Shown: positions 46,861-55,951 of the stretch, one piece after another
Position numbering within the stretch: the first letter of the stretch is position 1
How the letters are laid out: each line of letters starts with the position of its first letter
Notes under the pieces: generated by a model
The model's input: only the letters and a program-made list of their open reading frames with translations
What the model was told of the DNA's origin: nothing
Databases searched by the model: none
Translations under genes and position numbers: made by a program
DNA from: an uncultured bacterium
Lineage (GTDB): Bacteria > Cyanobacteriota > Vampirovibrionia > Gastranaerophilales > Gastranaerophilaceae
Direction of reading: 5' to 3'
DNA length: 64,000 bases
Assembly (NCBI GenBank): GCA_902792085.1
Contig: CADAYE010000002.1
Location: forward strand, 2,713-66,712

Positions 46861-47050
46861 ATATTGCTCCGCAGTGTCCTTCGGACAGAGACACCTTCGG
46901 TGGCAAAGTGCCTCAAATTTGATTGCAAGCAGATTTAGAAGTAGATCTTGTCTGTGTCTTATGACACAAAAGTTAGTCGAATGTTGTTTAATGTGAGTAA
47001 CCAAGCAGAAACACTCCGATGATACTCTGTTTGCTAATCATTTGTATTTA
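46861..47050. ncRNA. Hairpin-rich non-coding region (candidate sRNA or 3' UTR; strand unresolved)
   Basis: TGTCC-ttc-GGACA (46875-87), CACC-ttc-GGTG (46892-902), GGCA-aag-TGCC (46902-12) and TGTGTC-ttat-GACACA (46953-68). No credible ORF. Confidence 0.25.
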
Positions 47051-47118
47051 CTTTTAATTTAGGCGGTATTGTTTTTTTTACTTTAATATTGCATAAATTC
47101 ATTTCTCTATTTTTAATT

Positions 47119-48057
47119 TTATAATATGCATGCAAGTACCATTAAAATCAGTGTACCGATTTGAAAAGCGGTAGCCATATTTCTGCTCCACTTATCGCTA
47201 TCGTAATGAGAAGAGGATTTTTGTGCCTGGATAGCGCTTGAAAGCCTTTCTATACGCTCGCTATCACTGTCGTTCGGGAAACTTGTACCAAATACACTGC
47301 TTTCAATACGGCTAAGACGCTTTGAAGTCGGCTCATTGTCGAATTTTTTATGATAAATTTGTTTTTCAATTTTTGAAAGATTAAGAGGTTTTGGTTTTTG
47401 GTAAGTCTGCGGCTGGGGGGATGAATAAGTATTGCGACTGTTATAAGCATCATAGTCAAAATCATACGGATCATAATTGTCCAAATGGTAATCCTGAGCC
47501 AGTCTGTCGGCAGGTGATGTATAAAATTCGTTTTCTTGCTGATGCATACCGTTTGAAGCAAAACTTTGCGGTCTTAATTGGGCTTTTAACCTGTCAACAC
47601 GGGTTGAAAGGTCGTCTTTATCATAAGTTTTATTAAAGGTTTTTTGCTCCAAATTTGAAAGTCTTGTCTTTATATTCTGACCTTTTGAAACTTTTTTAAA
47701 AACCTGTTTTTCAAGTTCGTCGATTGCCGGATAATCCATTGTTGCCGCGCTTGGGGGTTCTTTTTCATAAGTTATATAGTCACTTTCTTCCATAAAAGTA
47801 TCTTCTTTTGGCTCAATTTCTTTTCCCATTTCACTTGCATTCAAATCTTTTGATAATTTTGCTATTCTTGTATCCGCTTTACCTGTTTGCGTTTTACCGT
47901 AAACTTTTTGCTCTATTCTGTTTAATCTTGAGGTGTCATTTTCGTTTGAAAATGTAAATCCGTATAAAGATTTTTCTATTTTATCAATAGTCGAATTTGA
48001 TGCAAATGCGATGTTTGATATTAGTATAAGAGTTATAACAATGATAATTTTTTTCAT
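47119..48057 (-). CDS. Hypothetical secreted protein with repeated R(L/I)xx(I/L)E(K/Q)xx(Y/F) motif and C-terminal TM
   Basis: Signal peptide. At least 6 motif copies (DKIEKSLYGFTF, SRLNRIEQKVYGKT, TRLSNLEQKTFNKT, LSKIEKQIYHKKF, KRLSRIESSVFGTSF and others). C-terminal TM segment. Confidence 0.6.
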   Translation of the reverse strand: MKKIIIVITLILISNIAFASNSTIDKIEKSLYGFTFSNENDTSRLNRIEQKVYGKTQTGKADTRIAKLSKDLNASEMGKEIEPKEDTFMEESDYITYEKEPPSAATMDYPAIDELEKQVFKKVSKGQNIKTRLSNLEQKTFNKTYDKDDLSTRVDRLKAQLRPQSFASNGMHQQENEFYTSPADRLAQDYHLDNYDPYDFDYDAYNSRNTYSSPQPQTYQKPKPLNLSKIEKQIYHKKFDNEPTSKRLSRIESSVFGTSFPNDSDSERIERLSSAIQAQKSSSHYDSDKWSRNMATAFQIGTLILMVLACIL

Positions 48058-48145
48058 AATAATTTCTCCTCTAAAGCAGAATAAAATCTTTAGAGAAGTA
48101 AATTAATTCTATGGTTATGTCATTTTTGAAATTCCAAAAATAACA

Positions 48146-48173
48146 CTTTCGTCCTATGACAAAAGTGTTGAAT
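48146..48173 (-). terminator. nifS terminator
   Basis: AACACTTT...AAAGTGTT 8-bp stem, followed on the - strand by ATTTTTGG. Confidence 0.5.
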
Positions 48174-48179
48174 TTTCAC

Positions 48180-49379
48180 TTATTTACTGATTTTCAATTC
48201 TTTCAATGCATTTAGTTCAGCCTGATAAGGTGAAATTTTTGTTATGTCATCAATAACTTTTGGCAATTTTTCTATTACATAGTCAATTTCGTCTTCTGTT
48301 GTAAAACGGCTCAAACTCCATCTTATACTGCCATGAATAGCAGTAAACGGAACATTCATTGCTCTTAAAACATGGCTTGGCTCAAGTGAACCTGATGTGC
48401 AGGCAGAACCTGATGAAGCACAAATGCCCAAATCGGACAAGTGAAGTAAAATAAGTTCGCCTTCAATGTATTCAAATCCGATATTTGTGGTGTTTGGTAC
48501 TCGTTTCGCAAGACCGGTATTTACTCTTGCGTTATAAATATTATGCAAAATTCCTTTTTCTAATTTGTCACGAAGTCTTGCAACCTCTGTCATTTCATAA
48601 TTCAAATTATCAGATGCAAGTTCCGCAGCCTTACCCAAACCAACTATATACGGAACATTTTCTGTTCCTGCGCGTTTACCTTTTTCCTGATGACCGCCGA
48701 TAATTAATGGTGAAATCATTGTTTTGGAATTTACATACAATGCACCGATTCCTTTTGGCGCATGTAATTTGTGTCCTGAAATTCCGAGCATATCCACTCC
48801 GCATTCAACAACATTTATCGGAACTTTGCCTGCTGCCTGAACCCCGTCAACAAAGAATTTTGTTTCAGGATTTTTTGATTTAATGATTTGCGAGATTTCT
48901 TTTATCGGATTCAATACCCCCGTTTCATTATTTGCCCACATTACCGAAACAAGTGCAGTATCGTCATTTATAAGGTGCGATAATTCGTCCGTATTGAGTT
49001 CCCCGTTTGAATTTACTCCGATATAATCAACTTTGTATCCTTGCTTTTCAAGATATTTATAGACATTCAAAACGCAAGGATGTTCAATTTTAGTTGTTAT
49101 AATATGTTTTTTCTTGGTATTTGCCAGATAACCTCTGATAGCAGTATTTGCACTTTCACTTCCGCAAGAAGTGAAAATAATCTCTTTTTCGTTTTCTGCT
49201 CCTAAAAAATCTTTCAGTTTTCCTCTTGCCTCACGAATAGCGTGAGAAGATTTTTTGCTGAAATCATACATACTTGAAGGGTTTGCGTATTCTTCCTTAA
49301 AATACGGCATCATTTCTTCAAGTACTATTTCATCAACCTTTGTTGTTGCGTTGTTGTCTAAATATATAAGTTTATCCAT
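48180..49379 (-). CDS. nifS: Cysteine desulfurase NifS
   Basis: PLP-Lys context SGHKLHAPKG. Active-site loop SSGSACTSG. Adjacent to nifU. Confidence 0.92.
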   Translation of the reverse strand: MDKLIYLDNNATTKVDEIVLEEMMPYFKEEYANPSSMYDFSKKSSHAIREARGKLKDFLGAENEKEIIFTSCGSESANTAIRGYLANTKKKHIITTKIEHPCVLNVYKYLEKQGYKVDYIGVNSNGELNTDELSHLINDDTALVSVMWANNETGVLNPIKEISQIIKSKNPETKFFVDGVQAAGKVPINVVECGVDMLGISGHKLHAPKGIGALYVNSKTMISPLIIGGHQEKGKRAGTENVPYIVGLGKAAELASDNLNYEMTEVARLRDKLEKGILHNIYNARVNTGLAKRVPNTTNIGFEYIEGELILLHLSDLGICASSGSACTSGSLEPSHVLRAMNVPFTAIHGSIRWSLSRFTTEDEIDYVIEKLPKVIDDITKISPYQAELNALKELKISK

Positions 49380-50221
49380 TATTTTACCTCAATAACATTA
49401 ATTTCTTCGCCCAGTGCGTGTTTCAATGTTGTTTCAACAAAAGCCTTCAGGGTCATTGTTGAATTTTTACACCCTGAACACATGCCTTTAAGTTTGACAT
49501 AAATATCTTTGTCTTTAATATCGACAAGTTCAATATCTCCGCCGTCTTTGTTAAGTTCCGGCGAAATTTGGTTTTCAATTACAGAGTTTATTTTCAAAAT
49601 CCACTGTGTTGGGGTTAATTTTTCTTCTTTAACTTCTTGCGTGCTTCCGTTGTAATAGTTGTCAATAATTTTTTGAATTTCACCCTTGCATCTTCCGCAG
49701 GCACCGCCTGCTTTGGTGTAATTTGTCACTTCTTCAACGGTTTTGAGTCCGTTTGTTTTAATCGCATCAAGGATAACTTTATCAGTTACCTGAAAACAAG
49801 TACAAACCATCTTTTCTTTTGTTTCGGTTTTTACATCGTCTAATGATACATAACCGTCTTTTTCGTAGTTTTTGAACGCATCTTCCAACGCTTCATAACC
49901 CATAACAGAGCAATGCATTTTTTCAGGAGGTAAACCGTCAAGTTGGTCTGCTATATCTTTATTGGTAATCTTTTTAACTTCATCTATTGATTTACCGATA
50001 ATCATTTCAGTCAAAATACTTGAACTTGCAACAGCGCTTCCGCATCCAAAGGTTTGGAATTTCGCATCTGTTACTATATTATCTTTTATTTTTAAATATA
50101 TTTTCAACTGATCTCCGCAAACAAGTGAACCTGCAGTACCGATAGCATCTGCATCTTCAATAGTTCCGACATTTCTCGGGTTGCGGTAATGATCCATAAC
50201 TTTTTCGGAATAATCCCACAT
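49379..50221 (-). CDS. nifU: Fe-S cluster scaffold NifU (three-domain)
   Basis: IscU-like N-domain (GSLVCGD, FGCGSA, MHCS), central Cys cluster (CTCF...CGRC) and C-terminal GMCSGC. Confidence 0.92.
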   Translation of the reverse strand: MWDYSEKVMDHYRNPRNVGTIEDADAIGTAGSLVCGDQLKIYLKIKDNIVTDAKFQTFGCGSAVASSSILTEMIIGKSIDEVKKITNKDIADQLDGLPPEKMHCSVMGYEALEDAFKNYEKDGYVSLDDVKTETKEKMVCTCFQVTDKVILDAIKTNGLKTVEEVTNYTKAGGACGRCKGEIQKIIDNYYNGSTQEVKEEKLTPTQWILKINSVIENQISPELNKDGGDIELVDIKDKDIYVKLKGMCSGCKNSTMTLKAFVETTLKHALGEEINVIEVK

Positions 50222-50321
50222 TGTATTGTCCCTTTCTTCACCTTAATAACTGTCATTATTATAAAACAAAAATAATTCTAAAACCTTAGACTTAATTATT
50301 ATTTAATAATTTTAATGACAT

Positions 50322-50351
50322 AAAAAAGTCGGATTAAACTTTATGCCCGAC
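50322..50351 (-). terminator. Possible terminator
   Basis: The - strand reads GTCGG-14 nt-CCGAC followed by TTTTTT. Confidence 0.4.
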
Positions 50352-50372
50352 AAGTTCAAAATTAATTACTTT

Positions 50373-50795
50373 TTATTTTTTATTGAGATTATCAATTTCT
50401 GCATTGAGTTCTTTTATCTGAACTTCTAATTTTGTTCTTTCGTCAACAACAGATGTAAATGCTTTTTCTAATGTTTTGATTTTTGCTTCCAAAACTTCGA
50501 CTTTTGAAGCATTAGAATCAGACGATACCGCAGTTTTTTCCAACTCTCTTTTATATGCCTTAACTTTATCCTGCTGAACCCCCAAAAACAGAGAAATTAC
50601 GCCGGCACCGGCAAACAATCCGGCACATAAAACAATAATTGTATATAATGAAATCCCTATTTCTTTTGTTATGTCTGCCGTATATGTACTGCCTTTCAGA
50701 ATACTTATATTTAAAGTACCTGATGTGTTAATCAGTACAATGTATATCACTGCGCAAATTATTACTATACTTAAGAAAAAGAATAATTTTTTCAT
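50373..50795 (-). CDS. Two-TM plus coiled-coil protein (LapA/DUF1049-like?)
   Basis: 140 aa. Two hydrophobic helices, then a heptad-like KIKTLEKAF...LEVQIKELNAEIDNL. Confidence 0.55.
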   Translation of the reverse strand: MKKLFFFLSIVIICAVIYIVLINTSGTLNISILKGSTYTADITKEIGISLYTIIVLCAGLFAGAGVISLFLGVQQDKVKAYKRELEKTAVSSDSNASKVEVLEAKIKTLEKAFTSVVDERTKLEVQIKELNAEIDNLNKK

Positions 50796-50798
50796 TTT

Positions 50799-51716
50799 TT
50801 ATACTCTCCTGTTTCTGAAATATTTTAAAACCTTAGAAAGTTTTTCATCAGGTTCTATTTCTAATTCAATTATCTCTGATGAAAACGGTTTTGCAAATTT
50901 CAGATAAAACGACTGCAAAACCTGCTCTTGTGTTTTGACCTTTCCTTCTCCAGCACCGTATAGAGTGTCATTATAGACAGGATGATTTTTATAACTTGTG
51001 TGAACTCTGATTTGATGAGTTCTGCCTGTAACAAGTTCAAGTTCAACATAAGTTGCTTCGTTGCCAAAATGCTCTAACACTTTGAGTTTTGTAAGGCTCG
51101 GACGACCATCAGGGCGGACTGCCATTTTTTGGGGATTAACATTATTTCTGCCTATGGGTTCGGATATTATATCATTTTCATTCGGGTAAAAACCTTTTAA
51201 AACGGCATGATATTTTTTTGTAAGATTATGGTCTTTTATCATATTTGCGAGATATTCGTGCGTTTTGTTATTCTTTGCTACCATCAAAAGACCTGATGTG
51301 TTGCGGTCTAAACGATGAACAATTCCTCTGCGAAATTCCCCGTTGGTATCTGACAAATTATCCCCGTATTTATATAAAAGGGCATTAACCAAAGTATCTG
51401 TTGTTTCAATAAATGTCGGGTGGGTAAGCATACCTGAAGGCTTATTTATTACCGCCATATTTTCATCTTCCCAAACAACTTCCAAAGGTATATCCTGCGC
51501 CTTTAGTTCAATAATTTTTTCAGGCGTCAGGTTTTCAAACTCCACTCTGTCATCAATTTTTAATGTGTAAGACGGCTTTTTGTTTTCTCCGTTTATAGTA
51601 ACTCTGCCGTCTTTAATTGCAGACTGAATTTTTGAACGCGAAATCCCGTCATAAAGTTGGGATAAAAATATATCAAGCCTTGTATCTGCTGAATTTTCAT
51701 CAATTATTAGTAACAT
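50799..51716 (-). CDS. rluD: RluA-family 23S rRNA pseudouridine synthase (RluD-like) with S4 domain
   Basis: HRLDRNTSGLLMVAK catalytic motif and an N-terminal S4-like RLDIFL. Confidence 0.88.
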   Translation of the reverse strand: MLLIIDENSADTRLDIFLSQLYDGISRSKIQSAIKDGRVTINGENKKPSYTLKIDDRVEFENLTPEKIIELKAQDIPLEVVWEDENMAVINKPSGMLTHPTFIETTDTLVNALLYKYGDNLSDTNGEFRRGIVHRLDRNTSGLLMVAKNNKTHEYLANMIKDHNLTKKYHAVLKGFYPNENDIISEPIGRNNVNPQKMAVRPDGRPSLTKLKVLEHFGNEATYVELELVTGRTHQIRVHTSYKNHPVYNDTLYGAGEGKVKTQEQVLQSFYLKFAKPFSSEIIELEIEPDEKLSKVLKYFRNRRV

Positions 51717-51811
51717 ATTAAAATAATATCATACTTGTTTCCAAAATTGCACCATTTATCTTTTGTAAATTAGTTTGTAGGTCAGGCAATTGCCTGACAC
51801 ATATAAACTAT

Positions 51812-52270
51812 TTATCTTTTGTAAATTAGCAACATTCCGATTAGGGCAATTACGCCGATAGTTATAAACACATCTGCAACATTGAATACTGGGAAATTGA
51901 TAAAATTCAGATGTATATAATCTCTGACATAACCGAGAACTATTCTTTCATGGCAATTTGCCATAATTCCTGCGGTCAAAAGTCCGATAAACGAAACGGA
52001 AATCATGTGAATACTTTTGTTATGGTGAACATACCCCCACAACAAAGTTGTTGCAACAATAGCAATAATTATAAGAAATTCTCTTGCGTTTTCTAATAAA
52101 CTGAATGCAGCACCGCTGTTTTTCAGATATGTCAAACTAAAAACTGCATTTGAATAGTGGTGTCCGGAGGTTACATTATCTACAATCAGTTTTGATGAAA
52201 ACAGTGCCAAAAATATCCAAAATATAAAACTGCCTATTAAAAAAAGGTATTTCCCGACTGATTCTTTCAT
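51812..52270 (-). CDS. lspA: Lipoprotein signal peptidase II
   Basis: NSGAAFS and FPVFNVADVFITIG motifs. 152 aa. Confidence 0.9.
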   Translation of the reverse strand: MKESVGKYLFLIGSFIFWIFLALFSSKLIVDNVTSGHHYSNAVFSLTYLKNSGAAFSLLENAREFLIIIAIVATTLLWGYVHHNKSIHMISVSFIGLLTAGIMANCHERIVLGYVRDYIHLNFINFPVFNVADVFITIGVIALIGMLLIYKR

Positions 52271-53169
52271 TATTTTTTATCCTCTAATTTTGCAAAATTG
52301 TTTTTCGGTACAACATTAATTCTTTTCATAAGGCAAGCAATTCCTGCCATATAAACCTTTGTTCCGTTAATTTTGTTTGCAACTGCTTTTGATATAGCAA
52401 GTGATGTAACGGCATATTCATTAATGTTATTCGTATTTGCTTTGATAAATCTTTCAAGAATATGTGTTTTTGGCATGGTTCTTAACGGCCCGTTTGGTAT
52501 TCCTGACGGATAAACAACAGGGTCATGCTCAATTGAACCGACTATTACAGTATTTTCATCGGCATCTGCAGTAACCGTTACGGTGTAAGTTTCACCCGAA
52601 GATACCTGCGCAGGTGCAACAAGTTCAATATTCATATACCTTGCATCGCCGTATAAAAGCGCAGATTCGTCAGAAAGCATTGTTTCTCCCGAAATCAGCC
52701 ATTTCCCGTTTAGTTTTACAAGATGATATATGCTTGTGGATTTTGCATGGATTTCGCCCGTAACCGAAAGTGAATCATACTTGTCATATACCGTTCCGAC
52801 AGCGTTTTCTTCCATGCTGACGGATGCATTATTCCCGTTAATTTCAAGTGACAGAATTTTTGAACCGTAAGTCAAATCTTTGCATTGTTCCCATGTATCT
52901 TCAACGGATTTGAAATATAGTTCTTTGTTAAAACCGTCACTATTAATGTAATTATCAGAATAAAGAGTTTTTAGACCCGTAAGGTCATGCTTGTTGGCAA
53001 ATTGTTCATGAACTTTAAAAAGTTGTTTAATCTGTTTGGCTTCTGCTTTATATATCTTATTTTGTTCGCTTCTGTGGCTTCCCGTGGAAACAAGTGAAGC
53101 CTGCGCCTGAATATTTGAGCAGGTCATTGTAACCAAAGCCAAAATTATAAATAATAATATTTTCTTCAT
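52270..53169 (-). CDS. Hypothetical secreted protein
   Basis: Signal peptide ending AQA. TGCTATAAT lies 7 nt upstream of the ATG with no SD. Its stop overlaps the lspA start. Confidence 0.6.
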   Translation of the reverse strand: MKKILLFIILALVTMTCSNIQAQASLVSTGSHRSEQNKIYKAEAKQIKQLFKVHEQFANKHDLTGLKTLYSDNYINSDGFNKELYFKSVEDTWEQCKDLTYGSKILSLEINGNNASVSMEENAVGTVYDKYDSLSVTGEIHAKSTSIYHLVKLNGKWLISGETMLSDESALLYGDARYMNIELVAPAQVSSGETYTVTVTADADENTVIVGSIEHDPVVYPSGIPNGPLRTMPKTHILERFIKANTNNINEYAVTSLAISKAVANKINGTKVYMAGIACLMKRINVVPKNNFAKLEDKK

Positions 53170-53285
53170 ACTTGTTATTATAGCATGAATGTCATTTATA
53201 TTAATATTTCTTTATAAATGTTATTATTCACAAAATATCGGGATTAAAAATTATATAAATATACATTTATTTTGAGGATGAAAAT

Positions 53286-53453
53286 ATGGAAGTTGCATTA
53301 AAAAACGGGATTGATTTAAGATTGGGTGATTTGGTGGCAAATTTTAAACTTGAAAATGTTGAAAAAATTGTTATGCAGATGTTTGAAGATGCTTCAAAAT
53401 CAAACAGAATATATTATATCGGCGAAATGAACAAGAATGATGCAATGTTCTAA
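53286..53453 (+). CDS. Candidate 55-aa small protein
   Basis: Below the track cutoff. My translation is MEVALKNGIDLRLGDLVANFKLENVEKIVMQMFEDASKSNRIYYIGEMNKNDAMF, with a GAGGA SD 7 nt upstream. Confidence 0.35.
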   Translation: MEVALKNGIDLRLGDLVANFKLENVEKIVMQMFEDASKSNRIYYIGEMNKNDAMF

Positions 53454-53586
53454 ATAGTTTGTTGTTACAGAAAATATTTCATGCTATCATAATACTGTTA
53501 TAAAGATTTTTCGCCTTTTATTGTTATTTTTAAAGCGAAAAATCCGTGAATTATCATTTTAAATGACAACACAAGGAAAAGAGAAA

Positions 53587-54591
53587 ATGAGTTTAACAGT
53601 ATATTTAGGGATAGATGTAGGTTCTGTTACAACAAAGTTGGCTGTTATTGATGAAACGGGCAAATATGTTGACAGTGTAATGCTCAAAACTGCGGGAACA
53701 CCTGTTGCTGCAGTGCAAAACGGCATGCGTCAGTTGTATGAAAAGCGTATAACCGATTATGAAGTTATGGGTGTTGGTACGACAGGTTCGGGACGTGCAT
53801 TGGCAGGTTCTTTAGTCGGTGCTGATGTTGTAAAAAATGAAATTACCGCACATGCTGTTGCGGCAAGTGTTACTGTTCCGGGAGTTCAGACGATTTTGGA
53901 AATCGGCGGACAAGACAGTAAAATTATTATAATGCGTGATGGTATTGTAACAGATTTTGCCATGAATACTGTTTGTGCGGCAGGTACGGGTTCATTTTTA
54001 GACCATCAGGCACAAAGACTCGGTGTTCCTATTCAGGATTTTGGTGCTACTGCACTAAAATCATCAAATCCTGCAAGAATAGCCGGCAGATGCGGTGTTT
54101 TTGCAGAAAGTGACCTGATTCATAAACAGCAACTGGGGTATCCTGTTGAAGATTTATTATATGGGCTTTGTCAGGCGCTTGTCAGAAATTATTTAAGCAA
54201 TTTGGCTTTGGGTAAGGAATTGTTACCGGTATTCTCCTTCCAGGGTGGGGTTGCAAGTAATACAGGAATGGTAAAAGCATTTGAAGAAGCACTTAATGCT
54301 AAAATAGTCGTTCCTGATCACCATCAGACAATGGGGGCAATCGGTGCCGCTATGCTTGCGATGGAAGATCATCAGTACACTCAAAATCAAACCAAATTTA
54401 AAGGCTGGAATGTTGCTGATATGCACTTCTCATCTATTACTTGTACATGCAACGGCTGTTCAAATAACTGCGAAGTTATTACAATTGTTGAAGGGGTTGA
54501 CGAAGTTCAGCATGTTGATAAAATAAAAGATGTAAAAGGTAACATCATCGCACGCTGGGGCGGAACCTGTGGGCGTTGGGATATAGGATAG
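53587..54591 (+). CDS. BcrAD/BadFG-family ATPase (acyl-CoA dehydratase activase-like) with Cys-rich tail
   Basis: LGIDVGSVTTK, GTTGSGR, EIGGQDSK and CAAGTGSFLD motifs. Cluster-ligand-type Cys in NTVCAAG and GRCGVFAES. Tail CTCNGCSNNC...GGTCGRW. ATG at 53587 follows an AAGGAAAAGAG SD. Confidence 0.8.
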   Translation: MSLTVYLGIDVGSVTTKLAVIDETGKYVDSVMLKTAGTPVAAVQNGMRQLYEKRITDYEVMGVGTTGSGRALAGSLVGADVVKNEITAHAVAASVTVPGVQTILEIGGQDSKIIIMRDGIVTDFAMNTVCAAGTGSFLDHQAQRLGVPIQDFGATALKSSNPARIAGRCGVFAESDLIHKQQLGYPVEDLLYGLCQALVRNYLSNLALGKELLPVFSFQGGVASNTGMVKAFEEALNAKIVVPDHHQTMGAIGAAMLAMEDHQYTQNQTKFKGWNVADMHFSSITCTCNGCSNNCEVITIVEGVDEVQHVDKIKDVKGNIIARWGGTCGRWDIG

Positions 54592-54597
54592 TTATTT

Positions 54598-55266
54598 ATG
54601 CAAAACTTTGGGGGCTCAAGAACTTCTATTTTAGCGGAATTGCCAAACGGTAATGCCGAATTAGGAGAGGCTTTTGCTCAAATAATAAACGGCATGGTAA
54701 CGCAGTCCGGAATAACTAACCCCAAAGGTGAAGAATTCGATATTGTTTCAAAAAAATGGCGGCAACTTGCTGCAAAACCTGATAAGACGCCTGAAGATTT
54801 GGAAAAACTTGACAAAACTTTTAAAGATAATGTCAATGAACTTGCGCAGTCTTATTTATTGTATATTGCAAGGCAAGTCGGCAATACAACGGGCAAACTG
54901 ACTTATGATGATTACGAAAAATATTTGTTCAAATATCGTTTCGGTCATTATGATATCGAAAATAAGCCTGAATATATAAATAAAGTTAAAGCAATGATAA
55001 AGGTTGCATTTGGCAAACTATCTGCGCATGGAGAACTTTCAGGCGGAGATGGTTTGATAGATAAGCAAGATATGGCTTGTTTTATATATGCAATATCAAC
55101 AAGTGCGCAAAGGGATGAAAACAATAAATTTTCAGGCTTTGTAATTGACGGAATAATAAAACCTTTAAATTATTCTGTGGATGAAAGTAATCTTTTTGAA
55201 AATGGAGATAATTTACTTTCAATTAAGTTAAGAATAGCATATAAGGTATTAAATAATCAGTTATAG
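54598..55266 (+). CDS. Hypothetical protein with degenerate EF-hand-like loops
   Basis: GNTTGKLTYDDYEKY and GGDGLIDKQDMACF. Starts 6 nt after the activase stop. Confidence 0.55.
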   Translation: MQNFGGSRTSILAELPNGNAELGEAFAQIINGMVTQSGITNPKGEEFDIVSKKWRQLAAKPDKTPEDLEKLDKTFKDNVNELAQSYLLYIARQVGNTTGKLTYDDYEKYLFKYRFGHYDIENKPEYINKVKAMIKVAFGKLSAHGELSGGDGLIDKQDMACFIYAISTSAQRDENNKFSGFVIDGIIKPLNYSVDESNLFENGDNLLSIKLRIAYKVLNNQL

Positions 55267-55277
55267 GAGTTAAATAT

Positions 55278-55937
55278 ATGAAAAAGATTTTAGCATCATT
55301 ATTTTTGATATTTGCATTTGCAGGTACATCATTCGGTTTTGAAGAAATTTTTGTGGAAGAAAAACCACCGGTTGCGGAAACAGAAACGAATAATACTCAA
55401 AAGCCTGTGGTGGAAGTCGCTTTTGATTGGTTTGAAATCCAATCTGACGATAAGGCAAAAAGGATTAATGAATACAGGGAAATTATTTTCGGAGAAAATT
55501 CAAAGATAAATTTATCTAAAGAAGAATTTAAAAAAGAACTTTCAAAATACAAAAAAGATACCAATTTCAAACATCATTATATGCTGGCAAATAATGGTGT
55601 AACAGAAGATGAAGATGCAAAATATAATCCGTTTTATTACAAAAACGGTACTCTCGTAATTTATGCGATTATGTATAACAACGATATTCACCATGCGCTT
55701 TATTATAATCCGTACGGGAAATTGTATTATGTTGATATAACTTCAGACAATTATCCTGATTATCCGTATTATTCGATGCAGTACGACAGAAAAGGAAATC
55801 TGAAAAGTGCAATCTACTTTGTATCTCACGATATTCAATATATGTATAATACTCAAGGGGATTTTATCGGCGTTTGGTACAAAGATAAAATGTATAACGG
55901 CGACGGCAAAGAAATTTCAACCCGTGAGGGCTGGTAA
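55278..55937 (+). CDS. Hypothetical secreted Tyr-rich repeat protein (YwqK/MORN-like?)
   Basis: Signal peptide. Repeats of the type YYNPYGKLYYVDI, YDRKGNLKSAIYF and YNTQGDFIGVWY. Confidence 0.55.
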   Translation: MKKILASLFLIFAFAGTSFGFEEIFVEEKPPVAETETNNTQKPVVEVAFDWFEIQSDDKAKRINEYREIIFGENSKINLSKEEFKKELSKYKKDTNFKHHYMLANNGVTEDEDAKYNPFYYKNGTLVIYAIMYNNDIHHALYYNPYGKLYYVDITSDNYPDYPYYSMQYDRKGNLKSAIYFVSHDIQYMYNTQGDFIGVWYKDKMYNGDGKEISTREGW

Positions 55938-55951
55938 ATTAAATGAATTCT

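Noticed and set aside
46716-46928. 70-aa - strand ORF spanning element B
   Set aside because: It runs through the inverted-repeat element, has no SD and has an implausible composition. It is most likely spurious.
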